Virus record (IMG/VR): IMGVR_UViG_3300048927_000250 | Coordinates: 62,001 to 126,000 of that record | Reading direction: 5' to 3' (one strand) | Length of the DNA stretch: 64,000 bases | Shown here: positions 7,435 to 17,535 of the stretch, piece by piece | Layout: every line of letters starts with the position of its first letter | How positions within the stretch are numbered: position 1 is the first letter of the stretch | Translations under genes and position numbers: made by a program | Notes under the pieces: generated by a model | What the model saw: only the letters and a program-made list of their open reading frames with translations | Databases searched by the model: none | Told to the model about the DNA's origin: nothing

Positions 7435-7983
7435 GTGAGCGCTATTGAGTTTGTTGAACCCGAAGACTTGGCGAAGAAGGCTGGGGCTTTACCGCAAGTC
7501 GTTGACCAGAATGAACTACCGGAGACTGAACCGGCCGGACAGTCTGAAGAAGACCGTGTGGACGACGACCGTCTTGAGTTTACCCAGAATGTCCGTGAGC
7601 AAATTGTTACCGGACTGATGCCAACAGGGAAAGCCCCGACTGACCTGAAAGAGATTGACCGTTTGCTGGCCACCCTTGATGGCATTGACCGTGCTGTCCA
7701 CACCAAACGTCGTACTAAGCAGGCGGATAAGCAAGTCCAGAATGACACCATGATTGCGAAGATTCTGGAGAAAGCCCAACTGGAATTGGAACGTAAGCAG
7801 TTGACGGGTTCCAACTCCGCACCGACCCGTGCGGCCAATGCACTTGACCCAAGCTTCCTGTCCCAACCGGTAACGCTGGAAGGGGAGTTCAAAGAACAGG
7901 TGGAACAAGAAACCTCCGCCGACTTCTTCGAACGTATGGAAAACGACCACCCCGAATTGCGTCGCGGGGAGAAAGAAGAATAG
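7435..7983 (+). CDS. phiKZ-like hypothetical protein (182 aa)
   Basis: AGGAGG RBS, GTG start, closed by a terminator; acidic/helical. Confidence 0.85.
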   Translation: MSAIEFVEPEDLAKKAGALPQVVDQNELPETEPAGQSEEDRVDDDRLEFTQNVREQIVTGLMPTGKAPTDLKEIDRLLATLDGIDRAVHTKRRTKQADKQVQNDTMIAKILEKAQLELERKQLTGSNSAPTRAANALDPSFLSQPVTLEGEFKEQVEQETSADFFERMENDHPELRRGEKEE

Positions 7984-7987
7984 AAGG

Positions 7988-8021
7988 CCCAGAGGAGCTT
8001 CGGCTCCTCTGGGTTCTATAC
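7988..8021. terminator. Terminator between convergent genes
   Basis: CCCAGAGGAGC-TTCG-GCTCCTCTGGG, 11-bp stem. Confidence 0.8.
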
Positions 8022-8022
8022 C

Positions 8023-8733
8023 CTACCGGTTGGGGGCACACCAGTAATCCACTTTTTCAAAGCGCAGGTTCATCGCCGGAGCCATGAACTGTTCCGCCAA
8101 TTCCAGAATCCCCATTTCCTTAATCATCGGCTCAAAGACTTTGGTGTCTTCGGGCGATGGCAGGTCTTTCAGCAGGGCCGCAGCCACCACTGTCACGGCC
8201 AGCAGGTTTCCAGGTTCATCGGTGTCCTTGTGCGTCTCCATCCAATCGGTGAAGTCGTACAGGATAAAGTGGGTGCAGTGTTCGGCCAGGTACTTCGGGG
8301 ACAGCCGTTTCTTGGCCACACGGACAAAGCGGATTTTGGTTTCCGGCCCCAGCAGTTGTTTCATCACCGCAATCTGTTCGTTCTGCACGGGCTTACTCAG
8401 GCGATACGGCCATTCGTTTACCAACACTTCGAAGTTAGCAGTTTGCGCATCCTGCCACGGGGCGCTGTTCGATTCCCGTTTCAGGTCAACCAGCAGGTTG
8501 TACATCTTACTGCGCGATGCCCGCATCAATACCAGGTCAGGACGTTTACGGAACCGTTCTTTCCATTGTTCTTCGGTCATCCCCGCATGTTCGTACACCA
8601 TGTGGTCCGATGTCCGCTTTCCGTATCCGGCTTGCACGCAGGTAATTGCCCGGTGCACCGACAGACTGGCCAGAAACGACAACCGGGTGTCGTACAGGTC
8701 GTCCATACTGACGAGGACTTTAATCGGTTCCAT
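8023..8733 (-). CDS. Hypothetical protein (236 aa; start moved to MEPIKV)
   Basis: CCGGAG RBS before ATG 8733; N-terminal VSMDDLYD is HAD-like (weak). Confidence 0.75.
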   Translation of the reverse strand: MEPIKVLVSMDDLYDTRLSFLASLSVHRAITCVQAGYGKRTSDHMVYEHAGMTEEQWKERFRKRPDLVLMRASRSKMYNLLVDLKRESNSAPWQDAQTANFEVLVNEWPYRLSKPVQNEQIAVMKQLLGPETKIRFVRVAKKRLSPKYLAEHCTHFILYDFTDWMETHKDTDEPGNLLAVTVVAAALLKDLPSPEDTKVFEPMIKEMGILELAEQFMAPAMNLRFEKVDYWCAPNR

Positions 8734-9208
8734 TGTGCGCTGACTCCGGCAGTTCCGCCCAGGATAGCACCAACAGCGGCAGCAACCAACGGTTCGCCCG
8801 CAGACGGTTTGCAATGTCCTGGTCAGTGACCTTGAACCGTGCGTCGTCTGTAGGGCCCACAGCGAACTCCTGGACCTTCTGGTTGGCATCGTACACCACC
8901 ACCGGCGCAATGCCGTAAGAGAGGTGCTCAATGACTTCCTCGGTACCTTTACGACCGAACGGGGTCAGGACCACCATCTGGAGGTCATAGACGAAGTTCT
9001 GATAGACCAGGTTACCGTGCACCTGTTCCGCCAACTGAACCAGCGAGGATTCAGTCACCAGGTTCATGTACTGACTACCTGCATAGAAGCTGGAGAGGAA
9101 TTCCCGCAGCTTCTGGTCTTCGGCTTTCGGCGAATCTTGCAGATAATCAATCACGGCCCCAGCAGACGTGGACACGAACTGTTCAAAGGTTGAGATTTCT
9201 TTTTCCAT
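8720..9208 (-). CDS. Hypothetical protein (162 aa; start moved to MEKEIS)
   Basis: Start immediately follows the stop of the RNAP subunit gene; AAAGGG RBS. Confidence 0.75.
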   Translation of the reverse strand: MEKEISTFEQFVSTSAGAVIDYLQDSPKAEDQKLREFLSSFYAGSQYMNLVTESSLVQLAEQVHGNLVYQNFVYDLQMVVLTPFGRKGTEEVIEHLSYGIAPVVVYDANQKVQEFAVGPTDDARFKVTDQDIANRLRANRWLLPLLVLSWAELPESAHNGTD

Positions 9209-9209
9209 C

Positions 9210-9887
9210 TTAACGCCCTTTATCCAAAGTGGTATCCAGATGCGCCACACGGAAGTAGGTCGCCATGTTCTGGGTAGAGGTGGTTCCTTCCCCGGCATCC
9301 AGCGCACGATTCAACGACCCGCTACCGGACGTCATGATATCGTACTCCAGCTGACGGTTAGCGGCGTCATCACCCCCACGAACAGAGATGGCTTCCAGAA
9401 TGGCTGCATCGTGTCCACGGGCGTGTAGCACCCCGATTTCCGGGAAGGAGAGACGTGACCCTTTCGAGTCCCCGGTCACCTGACCGGTCAGTTCATCGGT
9501 CGACAAGTTGTCTTCCGGAATCGACATCTTCGTCTCTTGCATCTGAGACAGGCGAGTAACATGGATTTTAATCACCATGTACTTGAGCGGGGTAATCATC
9601 TCCCGCCCCGTATCAGGGTCTGTCACCACCAGGCGGTGGAATAACTCGACGCCCCATTTCTTGGCCACGTTCTTCAGGTGGTCAACCGTCAGGGTGTGTT
9701 TGGTCAAGTTGGGGAGAATAGCAGATGGAGTTTGCGTCCCGTCTCCAAAGCCTTTCATCAGCGCGGCAAATTGCGCCGGGCTGAGGGCATCAAGGTCCTT
9801 CTTAAATTGTTCGGCATTACCGGTCCCGGGGAACAACTCGGCCATTCTTTGCACGCCAAGCGCCGTTACCTCTTCTCTTTTTCCCAT
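9210..9887 (-). CDS. rpoB: Virion RNA polymerase beta subunit, C-terminal fragment (phiKZ gp149-like)
   Basis: KGSRLSFPEIGVLHARG matches the RpoB GGQRFGEMEVWALEAYG region; size and position near uvsX as in phiKZ. Confidence 0.8.
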   Translation of the reverse strand: MGKREEVTALGVQRMAELFPGTGNAEQFKKDLDALSPAQFAALMKGFGDGTQTPSAILPNLTKHTLTVDHLKNVAKKWGVELFHRLVVTDPDTGREMITPLKYMVIKIHVTRLSQMQETKMSIPEDNLSTDELTGQVTGDSKGSRLSFPEIGVLHARGHDAAILEAISVRGGDDAANRQLEYDIMTSGSGSLNRALDAGEGTTSTQNMATYFRVAHLDTTLDKGR

Positions 9888-10263
9888 TGGGATTCTCCTC
9901 AGGAATCTTCACCACGCGTAAGCTTACGTCATACTTAGTCGCTTCTTTAACCACGTGGCCCGTGCCGCGACTGTAACCGTCCCAGAAGGCAACGCCATAG
10001 CGGGCGATTTCCATCATCTCCGCGTTACGGATGTAGCCTGCGGACTTACCGTGTTCGTCCCAATCGGCATCGTAGGTGGCGTGCGCCAGCTTGCGACGGC
10101 GGGCGTACAGATACGCCAGGTAATCGGTCCCCCTGGCACCCCCTTCAATCAGAACCACCTTCTCCCGGTCAAAGTTCTTGAGGAGGTGGTCCATGCGCTT
10201 GGCAAACTGCCAGTAGGATGTATAATGTCTACACCCACTGACCATGACGTATATTAAGTCCAT
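9817..10263 (-). CDS. SLOG/YspA-like (DUF2493) protein
   Basis: VSGCRHY...IEGGARGTD.LA..YA...DWDEHGKSAGYIRN.EM...AFWDG.SRGT motifs. Confidence 0.8.
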   Translation of the reverse strand: MDLIYVMVSGCRHYTSYWQFAKRMDHLLKNFDREKVVLIEGGARGTDYLAYLYARRRKLAHATYDADWDEHGKSAGYIRNAEMMEIARYGVAFWDGYSRGTGHVVKEATKYDVSLRVVKIPEENPNGKKRRGNGAWRAKNGRVVPRDR

Positions 10264-10276
10264 ACGTCCTCCGTCA

Positions 10277-10561
10277 TCAATGAATGATGCGCACCAGGTC
10301 GTCTACCAGTTCCCGTTCAAAGGCACGAATCCATTGGTCAATGGAGCCTTCTACCGGAAGTTCCCTGGCACGTTTAGCGGCCACTGGGTCTTTCTCATCG
10401 AGGAAGACGGTGAACCACTCGTTGATTTCGCGCATCTCGGACTTGTTGCTGCTGCGCTCACGCGGGGCGTGTTCGAACCGACGCTCAAAATAGTTGGCGA
10501 CACGGTTGGAGTAACGCGACAGCATCATCACGAGATGAAAGCGGGCGTCTTGCTTAACCAT
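10277..10561 (-). CDS. Hypothetical protein (94 aa)
   Basis: ORF tightly packed between uvsX and the SLOG gene. Confidence 0.75.
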   Translation of the reverse strand: MVKQDARFHLVMMLSRYSNRVANYFERRFEHAPRERSSNKSEMREINEWFTVFLDEKDPVAAKRARELPVEGSIDQWIRAFERELVDDLVRIIH

Positions 10562-10573
10562 TTCTCTGCTCTC

Positions 10574-12001
10574 TTATTTTTTCTTCAGCGGCTGCATCCA
10601 GTACGGATGGTATTCGCCAGCTGCCATACGGAGGAGGTCCAAAGCCGACAGGAACTGTTTGTCTTCTTTGATACCGTTAAACTGCCAGTGGCCGCGCGTT
10701 CCACCCAGGATTTCATCCCAGTCGTAACCCATCTCTTTCAGCTTCTGGAAGATGTCCGGTGGCGTCTGGTGCACGATGTCACCCAAGTACCACATGACGC
10801 GCTTAATCTGGCACAGCCCGGCGGTCAATTCCAGGGCACGGCACAGCTTCGCATCTTCTTTGATTTTGTCACGGATGGAGTTACGGGTGAACTTGCCGTC
10901 CGGGTAAATTTCCATGGACATGTTGACCATGTTGCTACCCATGCCGTACTGACCATTCTCACGCAGGTAGCAGAGTTCTGTCAGGTGCGGCTGTAATCCT
11001 TCGGTCTGTGAGAAGATAACCTTGAACGGGGCACCGGATTGACCGAACTTACCGCGCAGGTTGAGCATCTTCACTTCAACCAGGTCTTTGTCGTACTGCT
11101 CACCTTTCTCACCGCGACCGTACATCGGGATACCTTCTTTATCCAGGTGCGGTTTCTGCGAGTGGCACATCCACATGTTGTTCGGGATGTAGGTGAACTT
11201 TTCGGTGGCGTTCTTAATCTTGGTACCCGCCTGCATGTGCGCCATGATTTTCTCAGGCGGACTGTTCGGGTCCATGTTAAACGCATCGCCCAGGTGCGCG
11301 GTCATGACGCTGTAGAAGCCTGTGCGACCGTTCACGCCCGGCATGGCCATGATGATACGGGTTTTGTACATCCCGTCGTTGGCGAACAACATGTTGTTTT
11401 TGCTGTCGGCGACGTTCTTGGCTTTATCGGCTTTCTTCTCCAACGCTTCGAAGTTCAGCATCGACCAGGAGTCAATCTCTTCAAAGGTTGGGGCCAGGAC
11501 CTGGATGAAGCTACCATCGGCATTCAGGAACGGGGTTTCAAGCATCGCACCTTTGGTGGCGACTTTCTTCTTCCCGTATTCCTTACGTTTTTCCCAGTAG
11601 TCTTCCGCCGATATCTTAATCATGTTCGTCAAGAACATTTTCGGGTTACCGATAACCCCGGCTTCCTGGATGCGCGGGAATTGTCCCATACGGAACTCCA
11701 GGCCTTCCAGGTCACGAGAACCTTCGGTTTCTTTATAGAAGCTGTTACCCACGTCGTAGTAGTTGTTCTGGGCAGCGGCCATGAAATAGTCAGCCGTCGT
11801 GGACTTATACTGGTTGTTCTTACCCACGATAGCGGTGATGTGAGACATACCGCCGTTCAGCAAGGATTCACCGTGTGCACCGCGGGTATAACGGCCGGAG
11901 AAATGGTCAAAAAGGCAACCCACGTTCAGTTTTGGCGTAGAGGCATCGGCTTGTTGCGTTGCTTCCATTACGCCATCCATTGGGTCTAAGAAAAAGGACA
12001 T
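10574..12001 (-). CDS. uvsX: UvsX/RecA-like recombinase (phiKZ gp152-like)
   Basis: P-loop IVGKNNQYKST, Walker-B-like EEIDSWS, RecA-like strand LNLRGKFGQSG; 475 aa; synteny. Confidence 0.8.
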   Translation of the reverse strand: MSFFLDPMDGVMEATQQADASTPKLNVGCLFDHFSGRYTRGAHGESLLNGGMSHITAIVGKNNQYKSTTADYFMAAAQNNYYDVGNSFYKETEGSRDLEGLEFRMGQFPRIQEAGVIGNPKMFLTNMIKISAEDYWEKRKEYGKKKVATKGAMLETPFLNADGSFIQVLAPTFEEIDSWSMLNFEALEKKADKAKNVADSKNNMLFANDGMYKTRIIMAMPGVNGRTGFYSVMTAHLGDAFNMDPNSPPEKIMAHMQAGTKIKNATEKFTYIPNNMWMCHSQKPHLDKEGIPMYGRGEKGEQYDKDLVEVKMLNLRGKFGQSGAPFKVIFSQTEGLQPHLTELCYLRENGQYGMGSNMVNMSMEIYPDGKFTRNSIRDKIKEDAKLCRALELTAGLCQIKRVMWYLGDIVHQTPPDIFQKLKEMGYDWDEILGGTRGHWQFNGIKEDKQFLSALDLLRMAAGEYHPYWMQPLKKK

Positions 12002-12095
12002 GGTGCGATTCCTTAAGCTGGTTAGAGTGATTCTGTCATCTAATATGGGCTATACATTTAATTTTATGTAATTTAACCCCGGAGGTTGTACCCCC

Positions 12096-12953
12096 ATGAA
12101 CAACAATTTGAGTACGTTTCGTACGAGAGCCGTCATTATCGCACTGGAAGGGAAGTCACTGGTCTCGACCGAATCCCTTTCCGTACACCGTCCTCTTGCC
12201 GGGACAGTTGCCAAACTTTCTGGTTTCCTGAAAGAGCTGGGCGATGACTTAGGGTATCGTGTTAGTGGTATTCAGGACACCTTATTTAAGACGGACGTAA
12301 AAACTAAAAAGGGTCAGGAGCTGTTACTGTCACGCCTGCCTGGTACTGACTACCTGAACCTGGCACCAATTCGTGTCCCTGTGTTACCGGGTCTGCGTGT
12401 GACGTGGCTGGACCTGCTCCACAACATGAAACCTGGTGTTGAGTTCTCGGTCAGTTTGCAAGAGAACGTGATTCACCCGTTCAAGCAGTTTGTCGCCACC
12501 GCCCTGACCAACCCAGAGAAGTTCTCCTCCAGCGCCCTGAACTCCACCGTCAACTTCGTGGATTACGAGCTGCTGAAGAAGTCTCTGGGTGCCTCGGTCA
12601 GCGGGAACGCTTCTGTGAACGTGCGCAAGTACGGTGAGTGTGTGGCGCGTAACTCGGACATGGCAGAAGTTCTGGACCTGACCAACAACTTCGAGCACGT
12701 CTTCATGAACTCCAATCCACAGATGCTGATGGCGGAGATTGATGAGCTGCGTGAGTTGTTCGGTCAACTGTCGGCCAACATTACGGATACCAACCAACAG
12801 TTCCGTCTGAACGGCAAGACCATCTCTAACCTGGCCACGGCTGCGTACAACGTGGCAGAGTCAGTGGAGTACTACGCGGCAGTCAGAACCCTGTTCATCA
12901 ACCATGCGAACGCCATGAAGGCCGCGGTTGACAAACTGGTCAAAGCGGTGTAA
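12096..12953 (+). CDS. Virion (head) structural protein
   Basis: TATG at 12065-12068, GGAGG RBS; N-terminal ALE/STE motifs typical of head-protease cleavage sites. Confidence 0.65.
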   Translation: MNNNLSTFRTRAVIIALEGKSLVSTESLSVHRPLAGTVAKLSGFLKELGDDLGYRVSGIQDTLFKTDVKTKKGQELLLSRLPGTDYLNLAPIRVPVLPGLRVTWLDLLHNMKPGVEFSVSLQENVIHPFKQFVATALTNPEKFSSSALNSTVNFVDYELLKKSLGASVSGNASVNVRKYGECVARNSDMAEVLDLTNNFEHVFMNSNPQMLMAEIDELRELFGQLSANITDTNQQFRLNGKTISNLATAAYNVAESVEYYAAVRTLFINHANAMKAAVDKLVKAV

Positions 12954-12966
12954 CAAAAAAAATAAC

Positions 12967-13000
12967 CCCAGGGGACCCGAAGGTCCCCTGGGTTTTATGC
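12967..13000. terminator. Bidirectional terminator with TTTTATGC tail
   Basis: CCCAGGGGACC-CGAA-GGTCCCCTGGG; A-tract upstream, TTTTATGC downstream. Confidence 0.85.
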
Positions 13001-13360
13001 CATCGTGCGCGCGATGCGTACGATTTGCTTAACATCGTTATCCAGGTCGTATTTGCACTGGTCAGAGTAATGTAACCAGCACGGAGCAATACGGCGCAGA
13101 TAGCGTTCCAACGTCGGAGGAGCAATGTGTCGGAAGTCACGCTTTTTGACTTCCCCGCGCCAGGCTTTCGTCAGTAGTCCACAAAGGAGGAATCCCCGTT
13201 CGTCCTGCAAGAAACGGAGTTCATCATTCAGGACCTTGAAGTCAGCCTTGCGCTCACATCTGTCCGTTAAGAGGAGATAAAGTGACCCCGTTAACAAAAT
13301 CCTCCGTGACTTGTCACTGAGGAATCGTTTACTGAGGTGCAGCAGTATGGTCGTCTTCAT
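12995..13360 (-). CDS. Hypothetical protein (121 aa)
   Basis: ATGA overlap with the RNase H stop. Confidence 0.7.
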   Translation of the reverse strand: MKTTILLHLSKRFLSDKSRRILLTGSLYLLLTDRCERKADFKVLNDELRFLQDERGFLLCGLLTKAWRGEVKKRDFRHIAPPTLERYLRRIAPCWLHYSDQCKYDLDNDVKQIVRIARTMA

Positions 13361-14937
13361 ACACGCTTTCCAATTAACACTATTAGGTTGGACTTAAACG
13401 ACGCACTGAGGAGAAGGTCCCCATCGGTTTCCACAATCGTGGCATACCGGAACGAAGTTGCCGTTTCACGCCAAGTAATCGCCTTCACTGTGGTATTCGG
13501 CCCTGCGACGGCCACCAAAGTGTTACGCGTTGGAATGTCAGCACCCAGCTTAAACTTCACCGGACGTTGTTCAACGGTCTTCAGGTCCACGCAGAAATCC
13601 AAGGTAAACGTCGCCGTGTTATGCGGCGGGTCAATCTCTTTACGAGCCTTGTAAACCTGCTTGTTCTTCTCTTCGATTACCTGATAAACCTTATCAGTTA
13701 AATCGGTCACTACCAGGGCGTCGTCACCTGCGAGATAACGCTCGATAATCCGCACCAGACTCTCAAAGTGTCCCACTAGGTGGAAACCGTGGTAAGCCGG
13801 ACGGAGGGTCTTCAACACGGGGCAACGGTCAGGAGTTACAACAACCTCCTCATTCCATTTCGGGAACAGGATATCTTCCTTCTCCTCCAAAATGGCCGCA
13901 TAGCGTTCGGTGTTAAGAATGTTGCTCAGATTACCGAGCGTCACTTCACTGACCCCGCGATAGTATCGCTTCTCGAGGCTGCTCGCGAGCAAATCCAGTA
14001 CCGGTTCTGGCTCGCTGCTGACCCATACGGCGACTTTCGCTGTGGCGGTATCCTTGCCCACCAAATCGTCTTCGACGTCCGCTTTACCGTGGTTGCCGAA
14101 GAAATATACCGACTTGTCCTTAAATGCGTAGTCTGTGGCTTTGCGGTCAGAAAGCCCATACCACCAGTTGTGCTCCATGATACGGTTGCTCAACTTCGTT
14201 TTCTGAACGTATCCTTTCGGTGAAGAGCAACGGTATTCGTCGGTGAAAACTCCGCGGATACCACGAACTTGTCCCTTCGTGGAGTTCCAGTCGGCTCGGT
14301 CGTTACCCGGGTCGCCGGAGTGTGCTTCCGCTTTGGCGAAGTAAATGGAGATACCCTTCTTGATGGCATCCAGGTACAAGGTTGCTAACGTCTGCCACCA
14401 TGCCCAGTGTGCCACCGGTTTCCCGGTCGAAGTTAATCCCCCACGCTTCAGCCAGTTGGGGTAATCCCGAGTGATTCCGTCTAAGACGTATTGTGAATCC
14501 CCCAGGATTACCACCTGTTTTGGATGATACTTGTTTACAAAGGTCAACGCCTCAATCATGGCGTTTATTTCACCCTGACTGACGGTCCATTCCTCGCGAC
14601 CACCATACCAGTCAAAGAAGAAATCTGGTTCTACCGGTCTCGCCGCAGGCGGGCTCGGATAGGGCATCAACAATCCGTTGTAAAAAGGCTCGGTCTGTTC
14701 ACGTGAGGTGTCCTTGAACTCCTTCGTGTACTGTCCCAGCCGCCCATCCACGTAACCCAGGTGACTCGGCGCGTTCTTCTTCTTCGTGAATTTGTTTTTC
14801 TTTTCTTCTACCAGGCTATACGTGTACCCGTGGAGACCCCAGCTACCAACACGGTAACCTGAGTGACTGCCTCCATCAACGTACAGTACGGCACCAAATT
14901 CGCCTGGTTGCGCCGTAAAGTCCTGCGACAATTCCAT
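13357..14937 (-). CDS. rnhA: Ribonuclease H with C-terminal extension (phiKZ gp155-like)
   Basis: Catalytic motifs LYVDGG, EINAMIEAL, GDSQYV, AHSGDPGNDRAD. Confidence 0.9.
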   Translation of the reverse strand: MELSQDFTAQPGEFGAVLYVDGGSHSGYRVGSWGLHGYTYSLVEEKKNKFTKKKNAPSHLGYVDGRLGQYTKEFKDTSREQTEPFYNGLLMPYPSPPAARPVEPDFFFDWYGGREEWTVSQGEINAMIEALTFVNKYHPKQVVILGDSQYVLDGITRDYPNWLKRGGLTSTGKPVAHWAWWQTLATLYLDAIKKGISIYFAKAEAHSGDPGNDRADWNSTKGQVRGIRGVFTDEYRCSSPKGYVQKTKLSNRIMEHNWWYGLSDRKATDYAFKDKSVYFFGNHGKADVEDDLVGKDTATAKVAVWVSSEPEPVLDLLASSLEKRYYRGVSEVTLGNLSNILNTERYAAILEEKEDILFPKWNEEVVVTPDRCPVLKTLRPAYHGFHLVGHFESLVRIIERYLAGDDALVVTDLTDKVYQVIEEKNKQVYKARKEIDPPHNTATFTLDFCVDLKTVEQRPVKFKLGADIPTRNTLVAVAGPNTTVKAITWRETATSFRYATIVETDGDLLLSASFKSNLIVLIGKRV

Positions 14938-14982
14938 GATTACCTCGAAATAAATGCTTCGGTCAAAGGAAGTAACCGTGGA

Positions 14983-15510
14983 TTATTTTTTAACATCATT
15001 AACAATAGCGGAAGATTGCTCACTGAGCCCCGGTCCGGTGGGCTCTGGTTCTTCCTGCGGATGCAACCGTTCAACCTTCTCGATAAGCTTTTTGGTCAGC
15101 ACCCCGCACTTCTCAGGGTCCTTCGCACAAGCCTCCCTAACCTTCTCCAGCAACATTTCGTTGTAGATACCCAGCTCGGTATTCTTATGACTAAGCTCAT
15201 CCATGTCATGGTCGTACTGTGTGCGTAAAATATAGTCCGCCGGTTTCCCCACTACGCTATCTTTTACCTTTTGTACCTCGACCAGGCAGAGCCCCAACGC
15301 GTCAGCGTCTTTCCGGTAACGGAAGTACCCAAAAATCGAACCCAGTATTAACGCAGCAACCAGAATGGCGACGTACGTCCGATACTTTGTTCGCTTGCTG
15401 GGTGGTAACTCTTCTTCCATATCCCGGCGGTGACTCTCCTTTATGAAGTAGTAAAGGTATGGGATTAAACGAACCAAGAGTGAAAACACGTGACCTCCTG
15501 CGTTAAACAA
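14983..15510 (-). CDS. Membrane protein (175 aa)
   Basis: Hydrophobic segment YVAILVAALILGSIFGYF followed by a coiled coil; GGAGG present upstream of an alternative GTG start. Confidence 0.7.
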   Translation of the reverse strand: MFNAGGHVFSLLVRLIPYLYYFIKESHRRDMEEELPPSKRTKYRTYVAILVAALILGSIFGYFRYRKDADALGLCLVEVQKVKDSVVGKPADYILRTQYDHDMDELSHKNTELGIYNEMLLEKVREACAKDPEKCGVLTKKLIEKVERLHPQEEPEPTGPGLSEQSSAIVNDVKK

Positions 15511-15548
15511 CCCTTTCTTTATAATAGTTTTTTCGGAGACGATACAAC

Positions 15549-16850
15549 ATGTACAGCTTATACGGTTTTGTGGGTATCCCCAACTTCAAAAACAACGGAC
15601 CCGGTAAGACTGCCACCATTGGTGAGCTGGAAGATATAGGTTTCCAGTACAGTACCGAAGTCGGTACTTATCGCACGGGCACCTATTCCAACGTCGTATT
15701 TCACAGCATCGACTCGCGCCGCGACGATGTTCTTGTCGAAGTCGGATTGACGTATTACGATACGATTCTTCACATCTCGCAGTGGCTGTATGACCGGTCC
15801 ATTCAGGGCGCAGTTGGTCAAGACTCGGTTGCCCTGAAGCAGGCACTGACCGCCGAGTTCGGCGACAGCGTTGAATTCGTTGCTGTGGGACCCATCTTAC
15901 TCCAGGGTCATTACTACTACCCGGCAAGCATGGAGATTAAGGTTAACAACTCCGGCGAAACGAATGACTTGTTCGTCTGGTTTGCGAACGATAACTTCCT
16001 TGCTGAGTATCCGGGCAAGGAGTTCCGAATCGTCCCTGCCCTGGAACCCGTAGACCAATTCTTCAATCAACGTGATGCTGTCCTGGCCATGCTCAAGGCC
16101 ATCACCAGTGAAAGCCACAACGCCAAAGTGCAGGCTGCGATTGGTAAGAAACCGCAGTCGTACATCTGGACGAAGAACTTCAACTGGCACGACATTGATA
16201 ACGAGGACGTGACCTGGCCTGCGCCATTCACCGCGATTATCAACGGGCAAGCTGGCGTCAACATTGATTACATCAAAGAGGCGATTCGCGCGTACATCCT
16301 GGCAAATTCCGAACACACCGAATCCGAATGGGCTAAGGTGTTACCGGAAATCTTTACGCCAACGGAATTCTACATCGTGCCCATCTGGGACCGCTATAGT
16401 TTACCGAACCAGGCACTGGAGACTGGGGTTTACAGTCCGACCATCCCGTATTCGGACCAGATGACGTATGCCCTGAAGTACTTTAAAGGCTACCTCCCTG
16501 CGCACATTACGGCAAACCTCTGCGTTACAAGTTGCTCATATCAGTCGTTGCAGTTCCTCAGTTGCGGGAACCAGTTGAACTACGGTGCCGATACCCGCTT
16601 CGACCGCGAGTGGCCTAAGTACGCGAACGTACCGCCGGTCTCCGCTGAATTTGCGAAACTGCCGCCCGACACCCAGACGTTCATCACGAAGTTAATTACC
16701 CTTCTGATGGCCGCCGAGGTGGCAACGCCGCAGAGCATCATACCGACTGACATGACTCGTACGCAACGTGACGGGGTATATTACCTCACAACAACCGTCG
16801 GAGCAGTGCAGTACCTGGTACCAATTAAGCAAGGCTTTGCTCTGAGCTAA
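15549..16850 (+). CDS. Probable virion structural protein (433 aa)
   Basis: Long biased ORF, GGAG RBS, plus-strand late-type pair with the next gene. Confidence 0.7.
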   Translation: MYSLYGFVGIPNFKNNGPGKTATIGELEDIGFQYSTEVGTYRTGTYSNVVFHSIDSRRDDVLVEVGLTYYDTILHISQWLYDRSIQGAVGQDSVALKQALTAEFGDSVEFVAVGPILLQGHYYYPASMEIKVNNSGETNDLFVWFANDNFLAEYPGKEFRIVPALEPVDQFFNQRDAVLAMLKAITSESHNAKVQAAIGKKPQSYIWTKNFNWHDIDNEDVTWPAPFTAIINGQAGVNIDYIKEAIRAYILANSEHTESEWAKVLPEIFTPTEFYIVPIWDRYSLPNQALETGVYSPTIPYSDQMTYALKYFKGYLPAHITANLCVTSCSYQSLQFLSCGNQLNYGADTRFDREWPKYANVPPVSAEFAKLPPDTQTFITKLITLLMAAEVATPQSIIPTDMTRTQRDGVYYLTTTVGAVQYLVPIKQGFALS

Positions 16851-16860
16851 GGGGTTTCTG

Positions 16861-17478
16861 ATGGCAACGAGAATCACGCCGTTACCAAACATGCGCGGGT
16901 TGTACACACTGCGGATGCCATGGACAACGGACAACAAGGTCTTGTACACCTGTACGGCCCTGCGTACCTTTAGGGAATTGATTGCAAACGGCAATGACGT
17001 GTTCGTCACGTATTACCAGCCGAAGGGGTTGCAACAAAGCGACTACGAAGCTGACAATGCCGCCGGAGCAATCCTTTGTGTCTTGCAAGGGGACGACGGG
17101 AGTATCATTAATGTCCCGGACACCTACGTCGTTTCTTATCCTGACTCATCAGTGCCTGCTGTCGGCCACTTTGTATTGAGCGCGAGTATTGGACCCATGC
17201 GAATGGATGTCAATATGGACTTTTTACGCTCGAAAGTGGGAGAGGTAATCTCGGATACTATCGGAGTCGTCCCGGAAGTGTTCGTTGACGTCCTGGATAG
17301 CAGTACGGTCATGACACGGGAAGAATACGACGCTATGGAAGCGGCCCGCACTGCGGCTATCAAGAACCGTTCCACAACTTATGCCCTGCTGTTGCAAGAA
17401 CAGGCACGTACGACTGTCTTGCAGAATAAGGTGGCGGAACTTCAGTCCTTGTTAGAGCAGAAGCAGCAAAATCCTTAA
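16861..17478 (+). CDS. Probable virion structural protein (205 aa)
   Basis: TAAGGGG RBS; C-terminal coiled coil. Confidence 0.7.
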   Translation: MATRITPLPNMRGLYTLRMPWTTDNKVLYTCTALRTFRELIANGNDVFVTYYQPKGLQQSDYEADNAAGAILCVLQGDDGSIINVPDTYVVSYPDSSVPAVGHFVLSASIGPMRMDVNMDFLRSKVGEVISDTIGVVPEVFVDVLDSSTVMTREEYDAMEAARTAAIKNRSTTYALLLQEQARTTVLQNKVAELQSLLEQKQQNP

Positions 17479-17492
17479 CTCAGGAAAACAAC

Positions 17493-17524
17493 AAAAAAAA
17501 AAGAGAGGGCGAAAGCCCTCTCTT
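17493..17524. terminator. Bidirectional terminator
   Basis: AAGAGAGGGC-GAAA-GCCCTCTCTT with a long upstream A-run, between convergent genes. Confidence 0.85.
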
Positions 17525-17535
17525 ATTCTGCTTTT

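Noticed and set aside
9210-9887. RNAP fragment as a pseudogene or intron-split gene
   Set aside because: Naturally split beta subunits are the norm in phiKZ-like phages; the ORF is intact with its own RBS
17493-17502. Long poly-A runs (also near 47944 and 54308) as phase-variation or frameshift sites
   Set aside because: All are intergenic and adjacent to hairpins, i.e. the U-tracts of minus-strand terminators
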